Below, in pieces: positions 13,560 through 25,189 of a stretch of DNA of 64,000 nucleotides. The first letter of the stretch is position 1; each line of letters opens with the position of its first letter. Below the pieces are notes generated by a model. It saw only the letters and a program-made list of their open reading frames with translations. It ran no database searches and was not told the origin of the DNA. Both the position numbers and the translations under genes were made by a program. The DNA comes from Carcharhinus longimanus (lineage: Eukaryota): contig JASCQW010000001.1 of the NCBI GenBank assembly GCA_030264375.1, positions 112,953,528-113,017,527 on the forward strand, in the 5' to 3' direction.

Positions 13560-13830
13560 TCCACACTGCCACTAATGCTTCCTGTCTCGTGACCTACATA
13601 TTTCAGTTGCAATCTTTCCTAGCTCCCACCAATCACTGACCTTCGACTCTGCTCTACCCCCTTGTTCAGTATATAATCCATCATATATCTCCCTCACTTT
13701 GATTCTGAAGTCATAGATTTGAAATATTAATTCCACTTTCTCTCTCCAGATATTCTGCCAAAGTGGCTAAGTTTTTCTACATTTTTTATTTTTTGTTTCA
13801 GATTCCAGCATCTGCTGTATTTTGCTTTGA
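13560..13830 (+). mobile_element. Penelope-like 3' end / pseudo-LTR (family 2), decayed
   Basis: Ends ...TCTCTCCAGA..TTTTTGTTTCAGATTCCAGCATCTGCTGTATTTTGCTTT. Its reverse complement recurs at ~41535, ~46420 and ~52760. Confidence 0.6.
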
Positions 13831-15049
13831 TCACATTATCCATCCAATTTAGAAAAGGTGAAAAGCTCAAGTGCTCATTGAAGTACCAAATCAAAATAAA
13901 CAAAAAATGTTACTAATTCCAACTGATTTGACTTGAAAGGAACTGTTGTCATCTAAATGGGGAACATTCAATGGGTTCTAACCTTGTAACATTGCCCTTG
14001 TTGCTCAACAGATGAAGCCTGTGCCATGTTTAATATTATATTTGCTACAATGTCAACTTCTGTGATCCAATTTTTATGTTTCAATTTCATTGCTTTCTTT
14101 CTCAAAAACAAACTGACAGATGAGATCAGTGTTGGGAAGAAAATATTGTGTCATGGCGGACAATTCATTAAATTTTTAAGACAATGGCTAGCACGAGGGG
14201 ACATAGCTTTAAATTTACCAGATAGCCAACTTTAAACATGCTACACTGGATTAACCCAGATATGGTACTATATTGATAAAACTCGACAGGTGGAATTTAA
14301 ATATTAGGAAGTAAACATGAAACAAAGTAACCAAATTAAGATTTAGAATTGATATAGTGAACTAGGAATATGGTCTTGTTCCAGGAGGCTGCAGATGTCA
14401 AAGATCTACCATAAAAGCTTGAGCTTCCTGAAATAGTGGCACTCTCACGTTGAGGGTATTAATCTTCTACCTGTAGGCAGGTACGGGTTTTGGCTCCTTG
14501 GAACTAGATCTTGTGTCCATCCCCACTGCTCTGAGAAGGTAGCAGATTTGCATAAGCAGCCCTATGCCCTGGTGATGGTGGCAGCAAGGGAATGGCAGCT
14601 GAAGGTGAGTGATGTGCAAGGCAGGTGAAGTAATTTGTATGTTAGCAATCACCTGTCAAGCACTAGAAGACCTAAGAAGGGCTAGGAGCAGCAGCCTCTC
14701 TATGGGGAGCGCTTCAGATTCACTGATTATTGATACAGGGAAGCGGCCAAGTCTTTAATGTACCTTTCTGCACTGTGCCCTCAACTCAATGACCCTAGGA
14801 AGCTGCATGCAACTCAGGAAACAGATCACCGGCCTGTTAAATCCACAATTCATGGTTAAAACTGAATTGAACCACCTATTTTAACATTTAAACATTTTAT
14901 CCAACAAGTGCATGGAGGCTCCCAACGGATCTGCAAAACACCCAAGTGAAATCAGAAGAGTGTGGGATGCGGTTTGGACCCCAACATCACAGCATTTAAA
15001 ACTCCCCTGAGCATTCAAGCCTGCCTCCCCTTGCCTGAAACAAATCCCA

Positions 15050-15310
15050 CCTCAAATTTAAAATTCCACATGGCAAGCTGTGAAATTGAATTAAATAATT
15101 CTAGTAACTGGTGGACCAGCACCTGATAAAATTGCCATGATAACTGTCAATTGTTGTAAAAGCCTGCGTCTTTCAGGGAAGGAACACATTATACTGACAT
15201 GTGACATCAGACACATAATATGTAATTGACTGCTAATGTCATTAGGGTAATAAGAGATGTGCAATAAATATCGCCAAGCCTTTGCTGTCCACATCATATG
15301 AGCCAATTTA
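15050..15310 (+). mobile_element. Decayed tRNA-derived SINE (same family as 36045-36410)
   Basis: ATTCCACATGGCAAGCTGTGAAATTGAATT..GCAATAAATATCGCCAAGCCTTTGCTGTCCACATC matches the reverse complement of the 36 kb copy. Confidence 0.5.
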
Positions 15311-15979
15311 TAAGAGACTCATTTCCCTTGGGGTCAGCTTTCTGGTTTTTCACTACGTTGCTTCCAGTACTTGTATGTCTTCCAATTGTCTCAGTAGCAG
15401 CCATGTTCAAAATGCAGTCTGATTAACCAACTGCACAGTTTGACCATGACCACATCTGACTCGAGTACAATGTTTTTGACTATACAGTTCAATAATATTC
15501 CATTACCTTTGCAAAGTGTTGCTCTGTATTGATACATATTCAACTTTCTACCAAGACTGCAGAGTTTCTTTTTCAGTCTCAGCCATATGTGCAAAACTTG
15601 ACTTAATTTCTGTAAATACCTGCCCACTGACAGATTTTGTCCTAATCCCTCTGTATTCAGCAGTTCCATTGCTTCTCCTAGACTGGCATCAACAAATTTG
15701 ACCACTTTTTATTTCAAAGTTCAGTTAATTTGTGTAAATAAAAAACAGCAATTATTCAGCAAAATAGACCACACACATTTCTCATACCACAATATAGTTC
15801 TTCCATAGAGTTATTTCCAGTTTACCTTTCTTCTGACAATTTAAAACATTTACCCAATGAGCAAGCTTAAATCAATTGCTTTGTCTTATTTACTTCCTTG
15901 TGGCATGGAAACTAACAAAAATATTTATTTTTGAATGTTCTGTCCTAAACCATTATTTGTGGCATAACAGATGAAAACT

Positions 15980-16140
15980 TCAATGTGCTATCAAGGGAAC
16001 ACAGCAATGTTGGAGGTACTTTCTTTCAAATAAGGCATTTACTTAACGTTTTGACCAATATTTATACCTCTAAACAAAAATAGATTAACCACTCGTTTAT
16101 TTTCATGTCTGTGGTGCTTCAAATGTAAAAAGACTGCTTA
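15980..16140 (+). mobile_element. DeuSINE fragment
   Basis: GGGAACACAGCAATGTTGGAGGTACTTTCTTTCAAATAAG..GACCAATATTTATACCTC..AGATTAACCACTCGTTTAT, a decayed Deu domain. Confidence 0.5.
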
Positions 16141-17373
16141 CATGTGGGAATCTCCCACTTCCCTCAACCAAACTTCCAAATTACAAGTTTCAGAGCACTA
16201 AACCTCAAACTGGGTAATATATAATCACCAATTCCTGATTTTCTTTTCCCAATGTCGATGCGCCTGCACAATGATCTTTGCCTGCAACTGTGTTCTCAGT
16301 GCCAATAATAATCGGGGAGGACTTCAATGGGCTATGCTGTGGCGGGTGTAGAATCACTGGGAACAGCTTCTGGATTTCTGCATTTAATCCAGATGTTGCT
16401 GTCAGCTTTTGCGTTCATCGTCTCAAATCCGCCACCCTCAGGACCCAGTCCGCGCTGGATATCGGATCTTGCTAGCCTCCCAGCATGGGAAAGGGTCCCG
16501 AGACATTTTACAGTACCTACAGGATAATTAGATAAAGACACATTGATGTTGGATATCTTTTTGTTTGGGAAGGTCACACCTTAAAAATTGTACTTACTTT
16601 AGGTCTCTAGAAAAACATTGATGACGGAAATGGTACAGAGCAGTGCAGCTCCCTACACTGTCTCAAGCTGTGTCAGGTGGGGTTAATCACCCAGAGCGCG
16701 GGAAACAGGCGTTCCAAACGGCGAATTACCTGAATAAGCCAATAAGCACTTCGACTCAGAACAGCACCAAAATTAAATTTTCATATACAAAATTCTCGCA
16801 TGATCTGCTTTTTAATTAAAATTGGTTCCGAGAAATCCGGGCTATCGGCATTAGTGTAGATATAGGATCCACTATGACTGTGCTAACATTGGTTCTTGTA
16901 TTGGAAGCTTCAACTCCAACCTTTCACCTTTTTATTATAAAGCTACATAAAACCAGGCAACAGTTTATTCATAAAACCCTTACACTCAATACACGGTCCT
17001 TCATAATGGAGCTAGGTGCAGAGATCTCAAATTATGTCGCATGATTGTGAACATATTTGTAAAAACAAACATAGCTCATATTTGAAACTTCGGTTTGTTA
17101 TTGACAGTAAAACAAATTACGTTTCCAAAGAAACACTAATCAAAAGTCAAAATGTAATAACTATAGCGGATACCTCTGCCATCCTGTGTTTAGTTTAACA
17201 TTAAACTACATTATAACAGCGACGCACTTCAATTGATCTTTCCGCAATAAAACGTGCCAACAGAATTTACGATCAGGTGTGCTTCATTATTTTAGTCTAC
17301 GTAATGGCAGCGATCTGAATCTCTTTGGACTGTGGTTAATCCACATCTCACTTCTCCACCACCCAGTATGACA

Positions 17374-17969
17374 CAGTGGAGGTCCCTCTATGGAGGGATC
17401 TCCCCCAGTTATCTTGGGATGTAAGGTGCTGCATGCAGTGGTGCCCTACAATGGTAGATTTTTCCTGTTCACCGGCTCCCAAGACTGCCCCTTCTGTGGA
17501 CCACATCTATGTTCTGTGTTATAGATTGCACACCCTTTTTTGTTTTCTCAACCACTTTTTACTGATGTTTTGTTTGCACTTCAGTCCCGCACTCCTAATC
17601 TATGGGCACCAGGTGGGGAGAGGGGTGGGTCGGAATGGCGATCTCCTCGTGAACCTGCCCCTAGGCCCGGTGAGACACGCCATCAATAGGTCCAAGCACC
17701 AGGCGATCGACCGGGCCGTCCATCCTGACTGCCCCTCTACCACGGCTACATTCACTGCCAGGTGTCCACACAGGCTCAGTGCCTGCTGGGCACCATAGGG
17801 GCTGGGGTGTATTAGAGACCCCAACAATCACATTTTAATTTGATGTTTTAAGTTTCCTTTTGACTCCATTTTTTGTTCAGGCTGTTCCCCCTTCCTTTTG
17901 GGGAGCTGCCCCTTTTAATTTGTCCCTAAGTTAATTTGTTCGTTTATTTGGTTGGTGTCGAAAGAAATG
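17374..17969 (+). mobile_element. 5'-truncated Tx1-clade LINE with 15-bp TSD
   Basis: ORF2 C-terminal remnant (DHIYVLCYRLHTLF..LHFSPALLIYGH..DLLVNL..AINRSK..PDC) followed by a T-rich 3' UTR. CCACCCAGTATGACA is perfectly duplicated at 17359-17373 and 17970-17984. Confidence 0.8.
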
Positions 17970-18094
17970 CCACCCAGTATGACAACTGTGACCAATTCCA
18001 GTACAGCAGCTAAGACAATCCACAACACTCCAAATCAAACAAACCACAGCACTGTAAAACAAAGTCAATTCAACCCATCTCCCAGTATGGATCC

Positions 18095-18270
18095 TTTAAA
18101 ATGTTCCAAAATCTAATTAGTTCTTCCCTGGGCCATCTGAGCACCAAGTTTCACTGAAATCCATCCAAAGATTTTTGGCATATACTATTTATAGGCAAAC
18201 GGACTAACAGGGGTGAAAACATTGCCTCTGCATCTCTTCCCTTCCTCCCTCGGTAGTGAAAGTAACAACA
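18095..18270 (+). mobile_element. Fragment of a non-autonomous DNA element, class uncertain
   Basis: CCAAGTTTCACTGAAATCCATCC..CAAACGGAC..GGGGTGAAAACATTGCCTC resembles the ends of common fish non-autonomous elements (from recollection only). Confidence 0.35.
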
Positions 18271-20721
18271 ATTGGTCAATTCACAGACTATTTAATTATC
18301 TCTAGGTCACTATTTGGATTCTGAAGTGCCTTCAAAGTGTTAACATTTCATTAGCATTCAGAAAAATTCTAAGATAAATTATAAAACATTTTTGGCTCAA
18401 CCTTCTTCAGCAAAAGTGGAGGAAAGAAGCAGTCCATATATATAGTAACTAAAATGCTTACCTATACAAAATATGGAGAATTTTTGTTATGCTACGTGAA
18501 ATTATTATAAGTATTAATTACACTAATTAGACCTGATTTGGTGTATTAATTAGGTTAATTAGAAAATGGACATTCACCAGTATTTCAAAAGCTATAAGAC
18601 TTCTTTTTTTAAAATTTACCACCAGTTCTATGGAAAATGGCATTAGAGTTATACCAGTTATATATACAAATTGGGTGAATTACAGAAAAAAGCTTCTTGT
18701 GTAATTTAATCGCCACAAATGTCTCATATGCAGACGAAATGCACACGAATAATATATTTACTACATTCCATTTCAGATTGTCACATACTTGATCTAACCA
18801 TAATATTCTTATATGCCAAAACATTTTCTGTGCACTTAGCAAATATGGTTTCTAAATCAAGTATAAAGGAAAATATATTTATTTGGAATTCTCTCAATAT
18901 CAACACCTTTTGAAGGAGATAGAAGCTGGGATTTGGCTACCACAAAGTAAGTTCTGATTGGATCCTAACCTCGCAAAGAGAGCCGAGGCAGCAGCCGATT
19001 AAGACGCCGCTTCCTGGACTCCCAGTTAATTCAGACGGTAGGCAATCTCTTCACAATTAGAGGGTCGGTGGCTATTCACCTTCAGCAACATCACCGATTG
19101 AGATGGCTGCTGCAGAGACGCAAGGGAAGATAGAGGACTCCTCTATACAGCGACTAAAGTGATAACCCTGTCCGGCAAGAGCCCTGAGGCATCAGAAATG
19201 ACCACTGCTACCAGGGCGTCCTTCTTTAGTATTTGGGGGTTCTGTAAAACTCCCGGGAGGTTGCTTCCATGCAGCTGGCAGCCTCCCTACATCGTAGGGT
19301 GCCATGACACTGCCGGCAAAATGTTGGCGGACCTGGAGAATCGCCAGTCAGCGATGGATGAGCCATTACTTTTCCTCCCATTGTGGCAGAAACATAGGCT
19401 TCCTTCTCGACTTCTTCCATCTCGATTTTAATGTGCTGCTAAAATGCCAGCCACCTTCTCTATTAGTCGAATCTCTTGGCAGAGCGAGAGAGAGTAAATA
19501 ATACTTTTGACCTGCTGGTTAAAGGTAACCTGGGATCTGCCATTTTATACAGAAGACCTCGGAGTGATATAGAGGTTTACAGCATGTACCTTCGGCACAA
19601 CTTGATAATATTCTACTGCAGATCCTAGTTGGAAAAATAGACTATTCCCGACATCAGAGATGGAACTTCATGATAGCCCATAATAGATGAATCATATATA
19701 AATCGTCATCCTGCCCAGTGCTTTTAGCATCTCGATGTGGGATGGAACAATGTGATACAAATTAATAATCATGAGCGGTGAAAAGCAGTTTAACAGAACA
19801 TGCTTTGATACTTGAAAAGGAGAAGCCCCATTTCTAAATTGCAGGTGGAGGTAGCAGCAAATTTAACTGCCTTTGAGGAATAAATGGGAAGATTTGTTCT
19901 GCTTCTGTGGTTCAGAATGAATTACTAAATATGTAACTGTGGTACTTATAGATATAACAGTTTGGAATTTGTACCTTCAGTTTCTATGAAATCGAATAAA
20001 GCATGAAGTNNNNNNNNNNNNNNNNNNNNNNNNNNNNNNNNNNNNNNNNNNNNNNNNNNNNNNNNNNNNNNNNNNNNNNNNNNNNNNNNNNNNNNNNNNN
20101 NNNNNNNNNATGAAGTCTCTTGACAAATTCTTTATGCAATTAACAGGATAGCTGCAATTCAAGGGTATAATTTACCTTTTTGGGAATGTGTATATGTGGT
20201 TCAATTCTTTCCTGATGCACTAATGGAAGCCATCATTAATAATTTAGGTAGACTTTATCTAGTTTATGTTTCGCTTACATGAATCAATTTTATTCATCAG
20301 GTTAGCATCCTGCTTTCAGGCTAAAAATCCAATTGTGTACCTTTTTCAATGCACAAATAAACTTTGGATAGCTGCATCATCATTATAAATAGATCTACTG
20401 CATGTTCAGCTTAATTGTAAAGGTTTTAGATAGAAATTGTGTTCACCAGGCAAATGTGGATCTGCATGAGAACAGTACTATGCTGAGCAGATCCATTTAA
20501 GTTTTTGATATCAAGTCATTCAGTCTTTTACTCAGCAGGTTTTGTTACAACACAAGTAAGATTTTCTAAAGATTAGATGCAATTTTGACACCAGTGTAAC
20601 TTGCAAATTGATATAAAGGTGNNNNNNNNNNNNNNNNNNNNNNNNNNNNNNNNNNNNNNNNNNNNNNNNNNNNNNNNNNNNNNNNNNNNNNNNNNNNNNN
20701 NNNNNNNNNNNNNNNNNNNNN

Positions 20722-22195
20722 CAGAGACTTGGGTACTGAATCTCAATAAAGGAAGCTACGAGGATATGAGGCGTGAGTTGGTCTTGATAGATTGGGGGGA
20801 GTTATTCAAGGGCTGACAGTGCATAGGCAATGGCAAACATTCAAGGAACGCATGGGGGAACTGCAGCAGCTATTTATTCCTGTCTGACACAAAAGCAAAA
20901 GGGTAAGAGAGCCAATCCATGGCTTACAAAGGAAATTAGACAGAGCATCTGATTCAAGGAAGGGGCGTACAGATTGGCCAAGAAAAATAATAGGTCTGAG
21001 GATTGGGACCAGTTTAGAATTCAGCAAAGAATGACCAAGGAATTGATTAAGAAGGGGAAAGTACAGCACAAAAGTAAGCTTACAGGGAATATAGAGATAG
21101 ACACTGAGTTTCTATAGGTACGTGAAGGAAAAGAGGTTGGTGAAAACAAATGTCTTCTATCCCTATGGATAGAAAATAGGGCATAAAAAATGGCCATGCA
21201 ACTGAATACATACTTTCATTCTGTCCTCACAGAGGTCACAAATCAGATACCAGAAAAATTGGAGAATGCAAGATTTAGTGAGAGAGAAGAACTGAGGGAA
21301 ATCAATATTAGTAGAGAAATGGTGCTGGGAAAGTTGATGGGATTGAAGGTAGANNNNNNNNNNTAGAAATAGTGGATGCATTGGTGGTCATCCTCCAGGA
21401 TTCTACAGACTCTGGACCAGTCCCTGCAGATTGGAGGGTAGCGAATATCACTCCAATATTCAAAAAGGGGGGTAGAGAGAAAACAGAATTATAGACCAGT
21501 AAGCATAACATCGGTAGTGGGGAAAATTCTTGATTCCATTACCAAGGACATTATAGCAGAACATTTAGAAAGCAGTGGCAGGATCAGACAGAGTCAGCAT
21601 GGATTTATGAAAGGGAAATCACGTTTGACAAATCTGTTGGAAGATGTGGCTAGTATAACTAGTAGAGTTGACAAAGGAGAATCAGTAGATGTGGAATATT
21701 TGGACTTTCAGAAAGCGTTTGACAAAGTTGCGCATAAGAGATTTTTGTGCAAGATTAAAGCGCGTGGGATTGGGGGGAGTGCATTAAGACTGATAAAAAA
21801 AACTTGTTGGCAAAGAGGAAACAAAGAGTAGGAATTAATGGGTCCTTTTCAAATTGCAGACAATAATGAGTGTGGTGCCACAAGGATCAGTGCTGGGACC
21901 CCAGCTATTGACAATATATATTAATGATTTGGATGAGTGAACAAAATGTAACTTTTCAAAGTTTGCAGATGATACCAAGTTGAGTGGGAGGGTGAACTGT
22001 GATGCGGATGCAGAAATCCTTCAGCATGATCTGGATAGGTTGGGTGAGTGGGCAAATCAATGGCAACTGCAGTATAATTTGGATAATGTGAGGTTATTCA
22101 TTTTGGAAGCAAGGACAAGAAGGCAGATTACTATCTGAATGCTATAATTGGGAGAGGGGAGTGTGTAGTGGGACGTGGGTGTCCTTGTGCACCAT
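20722..22195 (+). mobile_element. CR1-clade LINE ORF2 (RT) pseudogene
   Basis: GKILDSITKDIIAEHLE..QSQHGFMKGKSRLTNLLE..YLDFQKAFDKVAHKR, then GTGCCACAAGGATCAGTGCTGGGACC (VPQGSVLGP) and AAGTTTGCAGATGATACCAAG (KFADDTK). Multiple stops and frameshifts. Confidence 0.92.
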
Positions 22196-22223
22196 CTGGA
22201 CCTGGAGATTTATCCACTTTTCA

Positions 22224-22563
22224 GTACATGTCCTGGGAGTGTTTGATAGGGACAGTGTAGAGGGACCTTTACTCTGTATCTAACACTGTACAGTACCTGT
22301 CCTGGGAGCGTTTGATGGAGACAGTGAAGAGGGAGCTTTACTTTATATCTAACCCCATTGCTGTACCTGGCCTGGGAGTGTTCGATGGGAACAATGAAGA
22401 GGAGCTTTACTCTGTATCTAACCCCGTGCTGTACTTTATCTGGGAGTGTTTGATGTGGACAGTATAGAGGTAGCTTTATTCTGTGTCTAGCCCTATGCTA
22501 TACCTGCCCTGGGAGTGTTTGATGGGGACAGTGTGGAGAGCGCTTTACTCTGTATCTAACCCA
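22224..22563. repeat. Minisatellite, 5 copies of a ~69-bp unit
   Basis: Unit ~GTACCTGTCCTGGGAGTGTTTGATGGGACAGTGTAGAGGGAGCTTTACTCTGTATCTAACCCCGTGCT, starting at ~22224, 22293, 22363, 22431 and 22500. Confidence 0.92.
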
Positions 22564-23525
22564 AGAATTCATAAGCAGAGCAAATGAAACATTGAACACA
22601 AGTCAGGTGAGGAAGTATGCACAGTTCTGGTAAGACTGCAACTGGAATTCTCCATCAGTTCTCCAGCCCAGGAATAAGAGAGGCATTTAAAACTCAGCAG
22701 AGATGAACCCAGGGTTCTGAATGTGGAGGGACTGGAGCAATCTGGGAGGAGGGTTCTGACAGTTGTCATTATTGAGATGTCAGAGTGTTAAGAGTCAACA
22801 AAAACATTTCCCCAGAATATGATTTTAACTAGAATTACAGGACAGGGGCTAGGGAGGCAGGTTCATATCAGTTAAAGATAAATTTGGAATGGATATTGGG
22901 AATTCCAGAGAGAGCTCCCTGAAATTGGAAACTACATATGGGACTGTCTGAATGGATGGATTTATGGGGTTTGAAGTGTTATTTCTGGTGATGTTTAACA
23001 CTTTACTTTCTGCCTGCTCAGCACAGAGGAATCAGAAATTCATCCTCAGTCTCCCCAGCTGAGTGTCAGCTCTGTTTCATTCATCAGAGGGTTGCCAACT
23101 CGGCCTAGCTCTCCATCCAGACTGGGTGTAACTTTACTCCCACTGTTCACTCTCTTGAACTCTTTGACCTGGGAATGCCTCACACTGACACGAGAGGAGG
23201 TGGGAGGAGGAATTATATCCCATCTGGGGTAAACTGACAGGGTGGAATTATCTGACTGGATCACATCCCACCCTTTCCATCAGCCCCTGCTCAGCAAGTT
23301 GTTAAAATGATTCCTGTTTGTCTGAAATGGGAAATTGCTATATTCCTTGACTGTTAACATTCCCCATCTCAAGAAGCAAAAGGTCACTGGGAAGAATTTT
23401 TTCACAATACCTTTCAGTGTTTTTCTGTCCCTTCAATAAACGCACTGTTGAACTGGTGAAGATTCTCTCAAAGTGAACAAGGTACTCATTTGTTGTGTTT
23501 TGTCGCCATCCCCTGCCCACACTAT

Positions 23526-23761
23526 GGAACAGTAAGAAGTCTCACAACACCAGGTTAAAGTCCAACAGTTTATTTGGTAGCAAATGCCACTAGCTTTCGG
23601 AGTTCTGCCCCTTCGTCAGGTGAGTAGACTCACTCACCTGATGAAGGGGCAGAGCCCTAAAAGCTAGTGGTGTTTGCTACCAAGTAAACCTGTTGGACTT
23701 TAATCTGGTGTTATGAGACTTCTTACTGTGTTTACCCCAGTCCAACGTCGGCATCTCCACA
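23526..23761 (+). mobile_element. Penelope-derived fold-back mini-element (family 1), the most complete copy
   Basis: ~95-bp inverted arms (23530-23625 and 23632-23728), a 6-bp spacer and a ~33-nt unpaired tail. CCACACTAT occurs at 23517-23525 and 23757-23765. Confidence 0.9.
23586..23625 (-). ncRNA. Minimal type-I hammerhead ribozyme motif (PLE-type)
   Basis: Minus strand UCAC-CUGACGA-A-GGGGC-AGA-ACUCC-GAAA-GC-UA-GUGG. Core intact and stem I (UCAC/GUGG) intact. The mirror copy on + (23632-23671) has GAAA mutated to AAAA. Confidence 0.7.
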
Positions 23762-24721
23762 CTATTATCCATGTGCCAGCTCTTTGATAGAGCCAACCAT
23801 TTTTCAACAAAATATTGCATATTGCGTATTACATTTGTGGCACACTTGCTAATTATTGAAAAAACATCTCCCCAGTTGCACCCATCCTTCCCCCTGCCAT
23901 CACCCAGTACTACCATTGACACAGTAGAAGTAGAGGTGAATCTTGCCTCAGTTCTCCATTATCAGAAAAGGCTATTTTACATTATTTTACCATCCATCAT
24001 AGCTAGAAAAAAGGTTTATTTTAAAATTAAATTAGATGTCTCATTATGGAATAACTAGAGGGATAAGCTTCAAATAATAATAAGTGGACTTTTTTGGTCC
24101 CTTCTAATTTTTCTGAAAATAAATAAGCCAACAAATACAACTGCAAACTTTAAGTATTTCCCCTCATTAATAATATAGTTTGAGGATGAGAAATTTCCTG
24201 TGAGCTCTGACAATTTGCTCTAGTGACAGGAGTTATCAAATTTCAGATTTCAAGTAGTTGGAAATTGAACGTCCAGCCATTTGATGAACAGAACTCAACC
24301 CCTAGGTACTCAAGTTTCAGGTTTTAGTTTTACACCAAAAAAAAGACAAAAAGACTTCTGTGTTTTGAGTTGGATATGGGATTTTTACCAATATGCGCAA
24401 AGTGAATCTTCTGTTATTGGTACAATCTTATCAAATTAAGTTCTTGCCACATTTTTGGTTAAAAGGTTTGTGAAAAAAATAATTGCCATACTAGGCAACC
24501 AGATTCTGGTGTTTTATCCAAGTCTCTATGGCTACTCAGTACACCATTGCAAAGAAGACTATTAAGTGACTGGAACCAACATGGAGAACACATGAAAATA
24601 GTTCTGTCAATCTTAGTTAAAAGGATAAAAATAATCCAATACAATTTACTGAAAAGCTGGAAAATTAAATAAATAAGCGCAAAAGGTAGTTATTTATCAC
24701 TGATTTTCCTCTCTCATAGGG

Positions 24722-25070
24722 AAACAAACTTGTATTTGTACAGTGCCTTTTAAAACCTCAAGCCACCCCAAAATATTTAACAGCCAATTATGTGCTTTTA
24801 AATTTTGTGCAATCAATTTTACACACAGCAAGCTTCCACAAACAGCAATATGATAGTGACCAGCGAAACTGTTTTGTTTTAGCAATTGAGGAACGAATAT
24901 TGACCAAGACACCAGGGACACTCTCCTTCATTATGGTGTCATGGGGGCTTTCACATGAACCTGACAGGAGGCAAGGCCCTGATTTGATATCTTATTCAAA
25001 ATATATTACCTCCAACAATGCCACACTCCCTCAGTGGTGAATGGAATGTGAACCTGGACGTCAGGTTTTT
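24722..25070 (-). mobile_element. DeuSINE (SacSINE1-like) with L2-type tail
   Basis: CACACAGCAAGCTTCCACAAACAGCAATATGATAGTGACCAG..AATATTGACCAAGACACCAGGG..CCTCCAACAATGCCACACTCCCTCAGT is the reverse complement of a Deu domain. L2-like tail at 24722-24790. Confidence 0.75.
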
Positions 25071-25189
25071 TTTTAAGGATCATATAAAAGTAAAGGGTAA
25101 CAGTTTTTTTATGAATAGATTCAGTTGTAGAATTGTCTAGGTAATCAGTATAAAACTTTGTCCATATATTGCAAACTGTTGATAACACG

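Noticed and set aside
15507-15678. Possible minus-strand exon within ORF 15391-15705, ending AAG|GTAATG
   Set aside because: Translations are not ankyrin-like and one frame has a stop. Cannot be supported without RNA data.
16332-16577. ORF containing GPEGG and KADSN, loosely recalling alternative ANK2 N-termini
   Set aside because: Only 4-5-residue matches, no suitably placed donor, and the frame ends in a stop.
22224-22563. Regularly spaced repeats resembling a CRISPR array
   Set aside because: Units are contiguous tandem copies without unique spacers, the context is vertebrate, and there are no cas genes.
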